A program made the position numbers and the translations under genes. Below, piece by piece: positions 1-9,294 of a stretch of 48,518 nt of DNA; position 1 is the first letter of the stretch; every line of letters starts with the position of its first letter. The notes under the pieces are model-generated. The model was not told the DNA's origin. It saw nothing but the letters and a program-made list of their open reading frames with translations, and made no database searches. Source of the DNA: Nitrospirota bacterium (GTDB lineage: Bacteria; Nitrospirota; UBA9217). Where the stretch lies: NCBI GenBank assembly GCA_043731355.1, contig JAYTJE010000127.1:1-48518 (forward strand), read 5' to 3'.

Positions 1-22
1 CTTTGATCTTTGCAGCTATCAT
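1..22 (-). CDS. Probable 5' end of a divergent gene running off the window (MIAAKIK...)
   Basis: ATG at 22 on the - strand, preceded by a strong SD (GGGGAGGAG, complement of about 30-39). Only 7 codons are visible. Confidence 0.4.
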
Positions 23-160
23 AATGATTTCTCCTCCCCACCCTCTACTCTAATTTACCATAGGGGAGGTGTCCCAGCTATATTGACACAGAGGGCACTA
101 CACGTAAGACAAATACAAATTCCTCTAGAGCAGGACTAGTCCGTGACCGGGTTATTCAAT

Positions 161-1390
161 ATGAATGAAGAGCGAAAAAAAATAATTGCCGCATACGCAC
201 AGCAGCTCGTTTTTATTCTCTTAAGCGGACTATCAATATCCATTTTTTTTTCGGAGTGGGGGGTTAGTCGCTTCTCGATGTGGAGCATTTATGCCCTCCT
301 GGCGTGGAGATACTTGATAAAATATGACCCCGCTGGGTATTTGCCAAAGGCGGTTATCGTTACCTCCGCTTTGTTTATCATCAGTCTTATGATAAGCATA
401 TTTATTTCAGAAAATCAAGGTGTAGCTATGGTAGGGCTCAAAACATACAGGCCTCTCTTGCTCGCAGGTCTGCTCTTTACTGCTCCGATCAGCAACAACC
501 AGAGAAAAACCGTCATCATTATCTATTTTATCAGCGCAGCGCTGGAAGGCCTTGTAGGATTTGTCCAATATTACCAGTCCGACACTGTGCGATCACAGGG
601 ATTTGCGCTCAATCCGATATTTTATGCCACAAAACTTGCTTTTGTTTGCGGTTCAGCGCTGCTGATGCTGATAATCGGAGCTAATGGTCTCACTGAAACT
701 CGGAAAGCCCGGTATCTTCTTCTCACTACCATTTTAATCACGGTTATTGCCATACTGGTTTCCCAAACGAGGGGAGTGTGGGTCGCTTTATTTGCGGCTA
801 CAATTATTACGTTATTCTTGCATGATCGCAGGAAAGCCGTGCTATTGGGCGCTATCATCATATCTTCGCTCATCGTGTTTTTTTTCGTCAACGGGAAGTT
901 GCGGGACCGGGCAATATCGATCGTGACGTCGGCGTATACGGAGAATGAGCTGGGGAGCACTGGCACCAGGATCGAACTCTGGAAGGGCGCAGTATTGATC
1001 GCGCGGGAATCTCCTTTTTTCGGTACAGGACTCTCCGATTTTCAAATAGATATAGATCGCCTTATTCAGAACGGTAAACTGAAAAAGGTACTCGTGACTG
1101 GCCATGCGCATAGTATATTTTTTCAAACATTAGCAACGCAAGGGTTGGTTGGGCTTGCTATTCTCTTGTCGCTCGGCTGGGCATTGCTTCGGTGGGGGAT
1201 GAGAGAAATCCGGACAGGAGGAACCCTCGGCGGCTCTACAATAATTTTCTGCACATTGCTCCTGTTTATCAGCGGCTTGACGGAATATAATATCGGCACA
1301 AATGTGACCGTTGCTGCATATTGTTTCACTCTTGGGCTTATAGGACCTTATAAGGTCAAAGGTAATCCTATCATGCCGCTTTTGCCCTGA
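161..1390 (+). CDS. O-antigen ligase family (WaaL/Wzy_C) membrane protein
   Basis: Many TM segments, SQTRGVW motif, periplasmic loop 'TGTRIELWKGA...PFFGTG' and 'HAHSIFFQTLATQGLVG'. Start is ATG 161 or GTG 143. Confidence 0.85.
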   Translation: MNEERKKIIAAYAQQLVFILLSGLSISIFFSEWGVSRFSMWSIYALLAWRYLIKYDPAGYLPKAVIVTSALFIISLMISIFISENQGVAMVGLKTYRPLLLAGLLFTAPISNNQRKTVIIIYFISAALEGLVGFVQYYQSDTVRSQGFALNPIFYATKLAFVCGSALLMLIIGANGLTETRKARYLLLTTILITVIAILVSQTRGVWVALFAATIITLFLHDRRKAVLLGAIIISSLIVFFFVNGKLRDRAISIVTSAYTENELGSTGTRIELWKGAVLIARESPFFGTGLSDFQIDIDRLIQNGKLKKVLVTGHAHSIFFQTLATQGLVGLAILLSLGWALLRWGMREIRTGGTLGGSTIIFCTLLLFISGLTEYNIGTNVTVAAYCFTLGLIGPYKVKGNPIMPLLP

Positions 1391-1653
1391 TGGTTCTCAT
1401 TTCGCTGCCAACGATCCTCATCGCTGCCTATGGTATGGAGCGTACCATTGATACTGCCGACATAGGCTTGTCTCAATGGATCTACCAGCGGGCGCTGAAA
1501 AAATGGGTCACGGTAACGGGTTCATGGTCATCGTTCAGGCCCATGGCCCCGCTGAAAAACCGCGGTTCCGCGCCAGTTCTCCCGGACGAGGTTGCGCCTG
1601 CGGCGGTTCCCTTGGAACCGGGCAAGAGTCCGGAGGTTGACACTAAATACTGA
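1390..1653 (+). CDS. Small hypothetical ORF or gene remnant
   Basis: TGATG overlap with the ligase stop and a hydrophobic N-terminus. No recognisable family. Confidence 0.25.
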   Translation: MVLISLPTILIAAYGMERTIDTADIGLSQWIYQRALKKWVTVTGSWSSFRPMAPLKNRGSAPVLPDEVAPAAVPLEPGKSPEVDTKY

Positions 1654-1688
1654 TGATCGCATGAAAGGATGGAAACCCAACCTGCCGC

Positions 1689-2540
1689 TCAAGCAGGTTT
1701 CCGCCATCTTACCGCTGTCGTGACCCACTTGTCGTCAACATGTCTTTCCATCAGCTCCATGCCCGCCAGCTTCATTGCCGCGGTAACCTCCTCATCCTGT
1801 CCGGTGAGCATGCCGGAGAGCACGGCAATGCCCGCAGGCGCTAAATGCGCGGCAATATCCGGCGCCAGCTTGATCAGAACCATTGAGATAAGATTCGCGG
1901 CGATAAAATCATATTGGCCGGGTACGTCAGCGACGCTGCCGCTCAGGATCTCCACTTGTTCCGTCTTGTTCACCATGCAGTTCTTGATCGCCGCGTCCAC
2001 GGCAAGCTGGTCAGTGTCCACGCCAAGGACGTGTTTGAACCCGAGCTTTACTGCAGCTATGGCGAGGATCCCCGTGCCCGTTCCAATGTCCAGAAACCGT
2101 TCCTGTGTTGTCTGGGGGGCGAGGCGTTCCATGAGCAGCAGGCATGACCGCGTGGTCCCGTGGTGGCCGGTCCCGAAGGCCATAGCCGGGTCGACGATAA
2201 GATTGATCTTGCCGTTCTTCGAATGTTCCCAGGGCGGCAGCACGGTAAAGCGTTCGCCGATATCGATGGCGGTAAAGGATTTCTGCCAGGTCGCGTTCCA
2301 GTCCTGGTCCGGGACAAGAATAGTGCTGAACGAAACGTGCTCCCGGCCGGACGATTCGAAGAGGGCTTGTATAACGCTTAACTCGCTCGTTATGGTGTCG
2401 ATATCCGCTGTGTACGGGAAATACGCGATCATCGCAGTTCGCTGTTCGATCACTCCGAGCGTGCCGAGTTCGGAGAGCTTCTGGACCAGCGCTTCTTTAT
2501 GGGCGTCGGGTATGTGGATGGTGAACTCGTAATAGGGCAA
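1689..2540 (-). CDS. prmA: Ribosomal protein L11 methyltransferase
   Basis: 'DWNATWQ', 'DPAMAFGTGHHGTT', SAM motif 'LDIGTGTGILAI', 'ANL', 'LSG'. Confidence 0.95.
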   Translation of the reverse strand: MPYYEFTIHIPDAHKEALVQKLSELGTLGVIEQRTAMIAYFPYTADIDTITSELSVIQALFESSGREHVSFSTILVPDQDWNATWQKSFTAIDIGERFTVLPPWEHSKNGKINLIVDPAMAFGTGHHGTTRSCLLLMERLAPQTTQERFLDIGTGTGILAIAAVKLGFKHVLGVDTDQLAVDAAIKNCMVNKTEQVEILSGSVADVPGQYDFIAANLISMVLIKLAPDIAAHLAPAGIAVLSGMLTGQDEEVTAAMKLAGMELMERHVDDKWVTTAVRWRKPA

Positions 2541-2602
2541 GGCAGGCCTTTCTTATGCGGTTTCAGAAATCCAACCTGGCCGGGAGTTGAAAACGCCCTG
2601 TT

Positions 2603-2980
2603 TTATGCTGGTTTGAGCAGCAGGTTGACTGTTTGCAGAAGCTCCCCGGTCTTGACCGGCTTCGAAACATAGGCGTTCGCGCCGAGCGCCATCCCGGCTT
2701 TCCGGTCATCCTCGGCGCCCTCGGTTGTTATAATGATGATCGGAAGGTCCTTATACTTTGGATCGTTCCGCATCATCGAGACCAGTTTAAGGCCGTCCAT
2801 GATCGGCATGTTGATGTCGGTCAGGACCATGGAAAACTCCTGGGCCCTAAGCTTTTTCAGGGCATCGACGCCGTCGTTCGCTTCGACGATCGTGCTCCCC
2901 GGGATCCGCTTCAGGGCGAAGACGATAAGCTGGCGCATCGTGGGCGAATCATCAACTACGAGAAAAGTATAAGCGGGCAT
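2603..2980 (-). CDS. Single-domain response regulator (CheY-like)
   Basis: 'LVVDDS', phospho-acceptor 'TDINMPIMDG', 'TTEG', 'KP'. ATG at 2980 has SD GGGAGG, so the ORF-track start at 3085 is too long. Confidence 0.9.
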   Translation of the reverse strand: MPAYTFLVVDDSPTMRQLIVFALKRIPGSTIVEANDGVDALKKLRAQEFSMVLTDINMPIMDGLKLVSMMRNDPKYKDLPIIIITTEGAEDDRKAGMALGANAYVSKPVKTGELLQTVNLLLKPA

Positions 2981-3083
2981 TTCCGTTCCTCCCTTTATTC
3001 CCTCAACAGATGCAACGTTTCGGACCGTTGTTCGCTGTCTTCGGAGTACGTATGACACGTTGGATGAGAAAAGTAACGTGGTC

Positions 3084-3113
3084 ATTGTAGCAGGCAGCTA
3101 CAGGGTCTGTCAA
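3084..3113 (-). promoter_or_regulatory. Sigma70-type promoter for the cheY-like gene and prmA
   Basis: On the - strand, TTGACA-18 nt-TACAAT with a TG extended -10. Confidence 0.6.
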
Positions 3114-3239
3114 TCAGTCTGTTGGGAAGACAATGCAATCTTGGCCTTTTGTTGCCTGGAAAAGCAGTGCCTCGTTATTATCCTTGATCAGGTTTTCTCT
3201 GTCCCCTGTTTATTTTCCTGGTGAATTTAGTTTTTTCCC

Positions 3240-3269
3240 TTGACATGTCCGCAAGTTACATGGTATGGT
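3240..3269 (+). promoter_or_regulatory. Sigma70-type promoter of rplU-rpmA
   Basis: TTGACA-18 nt-TATGGT with a TG extension and a T-rich upstream tract. Confidence 0.6.
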
Positions 3270-3314
3270 AGCGACTCTTAAAGAAGCTTAGATGGATTTA
3301 TAGGAGGAGTAAGC

Positions 3315-3626
3315 ATGTACGCAGTGATTGGGACCGGCGGAAAACAGTACAAGGTTTCGCCCGGTGATGTGGTGCGAGTGGAAAGCCTTGAAGCCAAGAA
3401 GGGCGATACTGTCGAGATAAAGGACGTCTACATGATCGCCGATGGCGATAAAATAAACGTCGGCAAGCCGATGCTGGCATCAGCAAAGGTCACGGCTGAA
3501 GTGGTTGACGAGGACCGCGGCGAGAAGCTGCTCATCTTCAAGCACCGCCGGCGCAAGGGCTATCGCAAGACCATCGGTCACCGGCAGAACTATACGGCAA
3601 TCAAAATCAAAGAGATCACGGCCTAA
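3315..3626 (+). CDS. rplU: 50S ribosomal protein L21
   Basis: 'MYAVIGTGGKQYKV...GHRQNYT', SD AGGAGG. Confidence 0.98.
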   Translation: MYAVIGTGGKQYKVSPGDVVRVESLEAKKGDTVEIKDVYMIADGDKINVGKPMLASAKVTAEVVDEDRGEKLLIFKHRRRKGYRKTIGHRQNYTAIKIKEITA

Positions 3627-3653
3627 GACAACAGGCTATTCGGAGGATAGAGC

Positions 3654-3914
3654 ATGGCTCATAAAAAGGGAGTTGGCAGTTCACGGAACGGCAGAGACAG
3701 CAACGCACAGCGCCTCGGGGTAAAACGCTACGACGGCGAGCTGATCAATGCGGGGACCATCATCATCAGGCAGCGCGGCACCAAGATCCATCCGGGCACG
3801 AACGTTGGCAAGGGAAGCGACGACACGCTTTTCGCCAAGATTACCGGTCTGGTGAAGTTCGAGCGCAAAGACAAGACCCGTAAAAAGGTGAGCGTGTACG
3901 CGGCAGCAGTGTAA
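3654..3914 (+). CDS. rpmA: 50S ribosomal protein L27
   Basis: '[24 protein letters not shown]...RQRGTK'. Confidence 0.98.
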   Translation: MAHKKGVGSSRNGRDSNAQRLGVKRYDGELINAGTIIIRQRGTKIHPGTNVGKGSDDTLFAKITGLVKFERKDKTRKKVSVYAAAV

Positions 3915-3943
3915 AAACTCATCCTGGTCCCGGTATCCTTTAC

Positions 3944-3974
3944 AAGGCGGCATGAAATTTATGCCGCCTTTTCT
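3944..3974 (+). terminator. Rho-independent terminator after rpmA
   Basis: AAGGCGGCAT-gaaattt-ATGCCGCCTT followed by TTCT. Confidence 0.75.
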
Positions 3975-4062
3975 GTTTGCACGTTCGGACCCTCTATGAC
4001 AGGGGACCGTGGGCTGACGGCCCCACAATGGTCTCCTGACACGCTTTTTCCGCTCATGCTGC

Positions 4063-4091
4063 TTGCATTTTAATGCCGTTATCTGTATATT
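4063..4091 (+). promoter_or_regulatory. Putative promoter of obgE
   Basis: TTGCAT-17 nt-TATATT, about 20 nt upstream of ATG 4111. Confidence 0.45.
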
Positions 4092-4110
4092 TCTCGCAAG
4101 GTTAAGGATC

Positions 4111-5184
4111 ATGTCAAATTTTATAGACAGAGTAAAGATCAACATCAGGGCCGGCCATGGAGGCAAAGGGTGCATCGCTTTCCGGCGTGAGGCCTATGTT
4201 CCCCGCGGCGGCCCCAGCGGCGGAGACGGGGGAAAGGGCGCTGATGTCATCATTCGCGCCGATCTTCAGCTCGGCACGCTTATTGACCTCCGCTATCAGC
4301 AGAATTACTTTGCCAAGGACGGCCGTCCCGGCAGCGGAAAGGAACAGACCGGCGGCGATTCGGATGACATCATCATCCGCGTTCCCGTAGGTACCCTGGT
4401 GTACGATACCGAGACCCCGGGAGTGCTGGTGGACCTGGACGAGGATGGCAAGGAGTTCATTGCCGGCAAAGGGGGAAGAGGGGGCAGGGGCAATGCCTTC
4501 TTCAAGACAGCCACCAAGCAGGCGCCCCGGTATGCCCAACCCGGAGAGCCGGGAGAAGAGCGGACGCTCTTTCTCGAACTGAAACTGCTGGCTGATGTCG
4601 GATTGGTGGGTTTTCCCAATGCCGGCAAGTCGACGCTCATTTCGACGATCTCCGCTGCCAAACCAAAGATCGCGGATTATCCCTTTACGACGCTTACGCC
4701 GGTGCTCGGCGTGGTGAAGCCTGAGGGGAGAAAAGGCTTCGTGGTTGCCGACATCCCGGGCTTGATCGAGAATGCCCACAAGGGCGCGGGTTTGGGCTTC
4801 GAGTTCCTGCGCCATATTGAACGGACCTCGATCCTGCTGCATATGGTGGACGTTTCCGGCATGGCGCCGGGCGACCCGGTCGAGAACTTTGACAAGATCA
4901 ATAACGAGCTTGCACTGTACAGCGACAAGCTCTCGGGAAAGTATATGGCGGTAGCGGCCACCAAGATCGATGCGGCAATTCCCGAGCAGGTAGAGAAACT
5001 GGAGAGCTATTGCCGGGAGCATAAGTATATGTTCTTCCCCGTGTCATCGGCAACGAGGAAGGGTATCGATACCCTGGTTAACTTCCTGTCGGAAAAAGTG
5101 GAAGAGGGGCGTAAGCAGCGAGAAAAAGTCGTGGCTGTTGCACCGCAGGAAGTAAAACAGGAAGTGGAAGAAAAGGATTTATAA
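4111..5184 (+). CDS. obgE: GTPase ObgE/CgtA
   Basis: Gly-rich Obg fold 'GGPSGGDGGKG', G1 'GFPNAGKS', 'KIADYPFTTL', 'DIPG', 'TKID'. ATG 4111 has SD AAGGA. Confidence 0.97.
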   Translation: MSNFIDRVKINIRAGHGGKGCIAFRREAYVPRGGPSGGDGGKGADVIIRADLQLGTLIDLRYQQNYFAKDGRPGSGKEQTGGDSDDIIIRVPVGTLVYDTETPGVLVDLDEDGKEFIAGKGGRGGRGNAFFKTATKQAPRYAQPGEPGEERTLFLELKLLADVGLVGFPNAGKSTLISTISAAKPKIADYPFTTLTPVLGVVKPEGRKGFVVADIPGLIENAHKGAGLGFEFLRHIERTSILLHMVDVSGMAPGDPVENFDKINNELALYSDKLSGKYMAVAATKIDAAIPEQVEKLESYCREHKYMFFPVSSATRKGIDTLVNFLSEKVEEGRKQREKVVAVAPQEVKQEVEEKDL

Positions 5185-5283
5185 ATTGCCATACGCTGTT
5201 GTACTTGCGGTCTTGTGAAATAAGATCATCGTGACTGCGGTTTTGTAAAACCTGCTTTCTTTAGGTTCAATTGGATCTTCATT

Positions 5284-6426
5284 ATGAAGAACGCGTCAGC
5301 TGGTAAAAGAACTATCCTGTCCAAAGCGCGCCGCGTTGTGATCAAGGTGGGTAGCGCGGTCCTGACCTCTTCAGGCGGCGGGCTTGACCAGAAGAGGATC
5401 GAGCAGCTCGCCAAGGAGCTCGTTTCGATCATGGACGCGCGGCGCGAGGTGGTTCTGGTCTCGTCCGGGGCCATTGCCGCCGGCCTGGCCAAACTCGGCC
5501 TGAAGAAGACCAAAGGAATGCCCCTTCCTTTGAAACAGGCAGCGGCAGCCGTGGGTCAGTCAGGGCTCATGTGGATGTATGAAAAGACCTTCGGGGCCCA
5601 TGGCAAAAAGGTCGCTCAGGTGCTCCTTACGCGTGAGGACCTGTCGAATCGCAGCAGGTTCCTGAACGCCAGGAATACGCTCCAAACACTCCTCGAATAC
5701 GGCGTCATCCCCATCATTAACGAGAACGATACGGTTGCCGTGGACGAGATCAAGTTCGGCGACAATGACAACCTTTCTGGGATGGTCGTGCAGCTTATTG
5801 ATGCGGACGTCCTCGTTATCCTGTCGGATATCGACGGGCTCTATACTGCCGATCCCCGGCTTCACCCCGATGCCCAATTCATTCCCCTTGTTGAAAAAAT
5901 AACCGCGGAAATGGAGAGGGGCGCGGGAGACGCTTTGTCCGGTGTCGGTACGGGCGGGATGCGTTCCAAGATCATGGCCGCGAAAAAGGTCGGCGCCTAT
6001 GGGGCGCCGATGGTCATCCTGAACGGCAAAAAAAACGGCCTGCTTGCCGCGTTGTTCGAAGGCAGGGAAACAGGGACCTTGTTCCTGCCCCGGCCCGAAA
6101 AAATGGACAGCCGCAAACACTGGATCGCCTACACGGCCGCTTCGAAGGGCGGCATCGTGGTGGACGACGGCGGGCGCGAGGCCCTGGTGCACAAAGGGAA
6201 AAGCCTTCTGCCGGGCGGTGTGGTAAGTGTTGAGGGACCGTTCAAGGTGGGCGATTGCGTGAATTGTCTGGACCTCAGGGGCGCGGTGTTCGCACGGGGG
6301 CTGGTGAAATATTCATCGGAAGAGCTCGACAGGATCCGGGGCTTAAAGACATCGCAGATCGAACCCGTACTGGGACATAAGGATTACGATGAGGTCATCC
6401 ACCGGGATGATCTGGTGATACTCTAA
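5284..6426 (+). CDS. proB: Glutamate 5-kinase with PUA domain
   Basis: 'VVIKVGS', 'VSSGAIAAG', 'NENDTV...FGDNDNLS', 'GTGGMRSK', C-terminal 'HRDDLV'. Confidence 0.97.
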   Translation: MKNASAGKRTILSKARRVVIKVGSAVLTSSGGGLDQKRIEQLAKELVSIMDARREVVLVSSGAIAAGLAKLGLKKTKGMPLPLKQAAAAVGQSGLMWMYEKTFGAHGKKVAQVLLTREDLSNRSRFLNARNTLQTLLEYGVIPIINENDTVAVDEIKFGDNDNLSGMVVQLIDADVLVILSDIDGLYTADPRLHPDAQFIPLVEKITAEMERGAGDALSGVGTGGMRSKIMAAKKVGAYGAPMVILNGKKNGLLAALFEGRETGTLFLPRPEKMDSRKHWIAYTAASKGGIVVDDGGREALVHKGKSLLPGGVVSVEGPFKVGDCVNCLDLRGAVFARGLVKYSSEELDRIRGLKTSQIEPVLGHKDYDEVIHRDDLVIL

Positions 6427-6440
6427 CGGGGTTGCACGGT

Positions 6441-6950
6441 ATGAAACGAATATTCCTGATCGTAGTGCAGGTAGTGTTGTTCTCTTCGCAAGCCTCCGCT
6501 GCGCTCAAGGTGAATGAACCGGCGCCGCTCTTTTCTCTTCAGGACATGACCGGGAAGGAATTCTTCCTGGGAAACCTTGTCGGCGCCGGCGTGAATAAGG
6601 GCAATGGTGTTATGGTCAGTTTTTTTGCCTCCTGGTGCATTCCCTGCCGGATCGAACTTCCGATCATGAACTCAGTGGCCGGCGAATTTCGGAGCAAAGG
6701 GATCACGGTGGTGCTTATCGACGTCAAAGAACATCCTGATACGATCAAGGCCCTGCTCAAAGAGCTGAAGGTGGACCAACTGATCGTCCTCTCAGACAGT
6801 GATGGAAAAACGGGCGAGAAGTTCGGGCTCCGGTTCCTGCCGACAACATTTTTTATCGGCGCTGACGGGAACGTGAAGGACGTCATCTACGGCGGAATAG
6901 AAAGCGCAAGTCAATTGCGGACCAGTGCGGGGAAACTTATAAAAGAATGA
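6441..6950 (+). CDS. Exported TlpA/ResA-family thiol-disulfide oxidoreductase
   Basis: Signal peptide, 'FFASWCIPCRIE' (CxxC), cis-Pro 'LPTTFFI'. Confidence 0.88.
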   Translation: MKRIFLIVVQVVLFSSQASAALKVNEPAPLFSLQDMTGKEFFLGNLVGAGVNKGNGVMVSFFASWCIPCRIELPIMNSVAGEFRSKGITVVLIDVKEHPDTIKALLKELKVDQLIVLSDSDGKTGEKFGLRFLPTTFFIGADGNVKDVIYGGIESASQLRTSAGKLIKE

Positions 6951-6980
6951 CCATCATGAGCGTTTGCGCGGGAGGACCCA

Positions 6981-8237
6981 TTGGACATCAAACAATACGT
7001 AACCGATAAGGCGAAAAAAGCCAAGGCCGCATCGCGGGCGCTGGCGAACTGTTCGACAGAGATAAAAAACAATGCGCTCTTTAAAATGGCGGCCGGACTA
7101 GAAAAAGAAGCCGGCCTGCTCATTGCTGAAAATAAAAAAGATCTGATCGCTGTCGAGCAAAAGGGCCTGTCCAAGGCCATGATCGACCGTTTGACCCTCA
7201 ATCTGGACAGGATCAAGGCCATGGCTGACGGTTTGCGCGAGGTCGCGGCGCTGCCCGACCCGGTGGGCGAAGTGACCCGGATGTGGCGGCGGCCCAATGG
7301 GATGCAGATCGGCAAGATGCGTGTTCCCATCGGGCTGATCGGGATCATTTACGAATCGCGGCCGAACGTGACTGCTGATACCGCCGCGCTCTGCCTCAAA
7401 TCCGGCAACGGCGTATTGCTCCGGGGCGGCTCCGAAGCTGTCCATTCCAATACCGTGATCGCAAACATCCTGTCACGAGCAGGGGCCGAGGCCGGCATCC
7501 CTGAAGGCGCCGTATCGTTCATCGAGAATCCCGACCGGGCCTGTGTCATGGAAATGCTCAAACTGAACGGTGTCGTTGACCTCATCATTCCGCGCGGAGG
7601 TGAGGGGTTGATCCGCATGGTTTCAGAGAACACGACGATCCCGGTCATCAAACACGATAAGGGCGTATGCCACGTGTATGTTGATTCCAAGGCCGAGCTT
7701 GCCATGGCCGGTGAGATCTGCTTTAACGCCAAGGTCCAGCGGCCGGGTACCTGCAATGCCATGGAGACCATGCTGGTGCATAAAGACCTCGGCGCCTCGT
7801 TCCTGCCTGCCATGCTCGACCGTTTCATGAAGGCGGGAGTGGAAATCCGGGGATGCTCCAGGACGAAGACCCTCGTGCCCGCGGTGACAGCGGCCACGGA
7901 CAAGGACTGGGACACGGAATATAACGATCTGGTCCTGAACGTGAAGGTCGTGGACAGCATGGAGGACGCCATGGAGCATATCGCCCTGCATGGCTCCCAG
8001 CACTCGGAAGCGATCGTGACCGATGATTATGCAAACGCCCTGCGGTTCCAGCGGGAGGTTGATGCCTCCGCCGTGTTCGTGAACGCCTCAACGCGCCTGA
8101 ACGACGGGTTCGAGCTCGGGCTCGGCGCCGAGATCGGCATATCGACCAGCAGGATCCACGCGCGCGGGCCCATGGGACTCGAGGAGCTGACCTCGGCCAA
8201 GTTCATCGTGTTCGGGAACGGGCAGCTCAGGAAATAA
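6981..8237 (+). CDS. proA: Gamma-glutamyl phosphate reductase
   Basis: 'IIYESRPNVT', 'IPRGG', catalytic 'CNAME', 'VNASTR', 'GAEIGIST', 'HARGPMGL'. TTG start with SD GGAGG. Confidence 0.97.
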   Translation: MDIKQYVTDKAKKAKAASRALANCSTEIKNNALFKMAAGLEKEAGLLIAENKKDLIAVEQKGLSKAMIDRLTLNLDRIKAMADGLREVAALPDPVGEVTRMWRRPNGMQIGKMRVPIGLIGIIYESRPNVTADTAALCLKSGNGVLLRGGSEAVHSNTVIANILSRAGAEAGIPEGAVSFIENPDRACVMEMLKLNGVVDLIIPRGGEGLIRMVSENTTIPVIKHDKGVCHVYVDSKAELAMAGEICFNAKVQRPGTCNAMETMLVHKDLGASFLPAMLDRFMKAGVEIRGCSRTKTLVPAVTAATDKDWDTEYNDLVLNVKVVDSMEDAMEHIALHGSQHSEAIVTDDYANALRFQREVDASAVFVNASTRLNDGFELGLGAEIGISTSRIHARGPMGLEELTSAKFIVFGNGQLRK

Positions 8238-8264
8238 GCGCGGCAAGCTCAGACCGGAGGTCGT

Positions 8265-8924
8265 TTGCAACGGAAGATCGGCATTCTCGGCGGGACCTTT
8301 AATCCCATTCATTACGGCCACCTTGCCGCGGCAGAGGAGGTCTGGAAACGGCTGAAGCTTGATCACGTTTTGTTCGTTCCCTCTTTTTTGCCTCCCCATA
8401 AACAGGACGAAGTTATCCCTTCGGCGGCACAGCGGCAGGAAATGGTAGCGCTGGCAATCGCCGGGAATGCCCATTTTTCTCTTTCCGACCTTGAAGTGAA
8501 ACGCCAGGGGAGGTCCTATTCGATCGACTCTGTTGCGGAGCTTTTGCGCCTTCATCCCGCAACGGATTTCTATTTCATCACCGGTCTCGATTCTTTTCTG
8601 GCTATACAGACATGGAAAGAGTGGGAACGGCTGCTTGCTCTCTGCGGATTTGTTGTGCTTTCCCGGCCCGGATATGCCTTTTCCGACCTGGCTTCGATCA
8701 ACTTCATGCGCACGTCCTCCGAAAAGCTGCATGCGCTGGACCGGGGGGAAATACAGCGGGCTGAGCTGGAGGTGGGCGGCAGCACGGTCTATCTGGAACA
8801 GATACCGCTCTATGATATTTCCTCCACGGATATCAGACAACGGGTACGACGCGGGCTTACGATCAAATATCTCTTGCCTGAAAGTGTGGAAGCTTATATA
8901 ATCAAAAACAACATCTATGGTTAA
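8265..8924 (+). CDS. nadD: Nicotinate-nucleotide adenylyltransferase
   Basis: 'GGTFNPIHYGH', 'PPHK', 'ISSTDIR'. Confidence 0.96.
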   Translation: MQRKIGILGGTFNPIHYGHLAAAEEVWKRLKLDHVLFVPSFLPPHKQDEVIPSAAQRQEMVALAIAGNAHFSLSDLEVKRQGRSYSIDSVAELLRLHPATDFYFITGLDSFLAIQTWKEWERLLALCGFVVLSRPGYAFSDLASINFMRTSSEKLHALDRGEIQRAELEVGGSTVYLEQIPLYDISSTDIRQRVRRGLTIKYLLPESVEAYIIKNNIYG

Positions 8925-9294
8925 TTCCCTTGAAGCCGCCAAGCTCATGGCTAAGGCAGCAGACGATAAGAAAGCGTTCGACATTCTGCTCCTCGACGTC
9001 CGGGGTTTGACCTACCTTGCCGATTTCTTTGTGATATGTTCAGGGAGTAATGCCAGTCAGCTGGGGGCGATCGCCGGCCAAATTATGCAGGAGCTTGCAA
9101 GGCAGGGGGTCCATACGTCGCATATTGAGGGTCAGGCAGGATCGGCCTGGGTGCTCATGGACTATGGAGATGTGGTGGTTCATATCTTCGAGGAACAGGC
9201 CAGAAGCTACTATAGCCTTGAAAAACTTTGGCATGACGCACCCCGCGTAAAGCACCGTATTGATGGACGCGCGCCGCAGGGCGTTTCTTCATGA
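8917..9294 (+). CDS. rsfS: Ribosome silencing factor (Iojap)
   Basis: 'DKKA.DI', 'WVLMDYGDVVVHIF', 'RSYYSLEKLW'. Conserved nadD-rsfS-rlmH order. Confidence 0.95.
   Translation: MVNSLEAAKLMAKAADDKKAFDILLLDVRGLTYLADFFVICSGSNASQLGAIAGQIMQELARQGVHTSHIEGQAGSAWVLMDYGDVVVHIFEEQARSYYSLEKLWHDAPRVKHRIDGRAPQGVSS

Noticed and set aside
1669-2532. 287-aa plus-strand ORF
   Set aside because: Antisense shadow of prmA.
8088-8984. 298-aa minus-strand ORF
   Set aside because: Antisense to proA, nadD and rsfS, with no family features.
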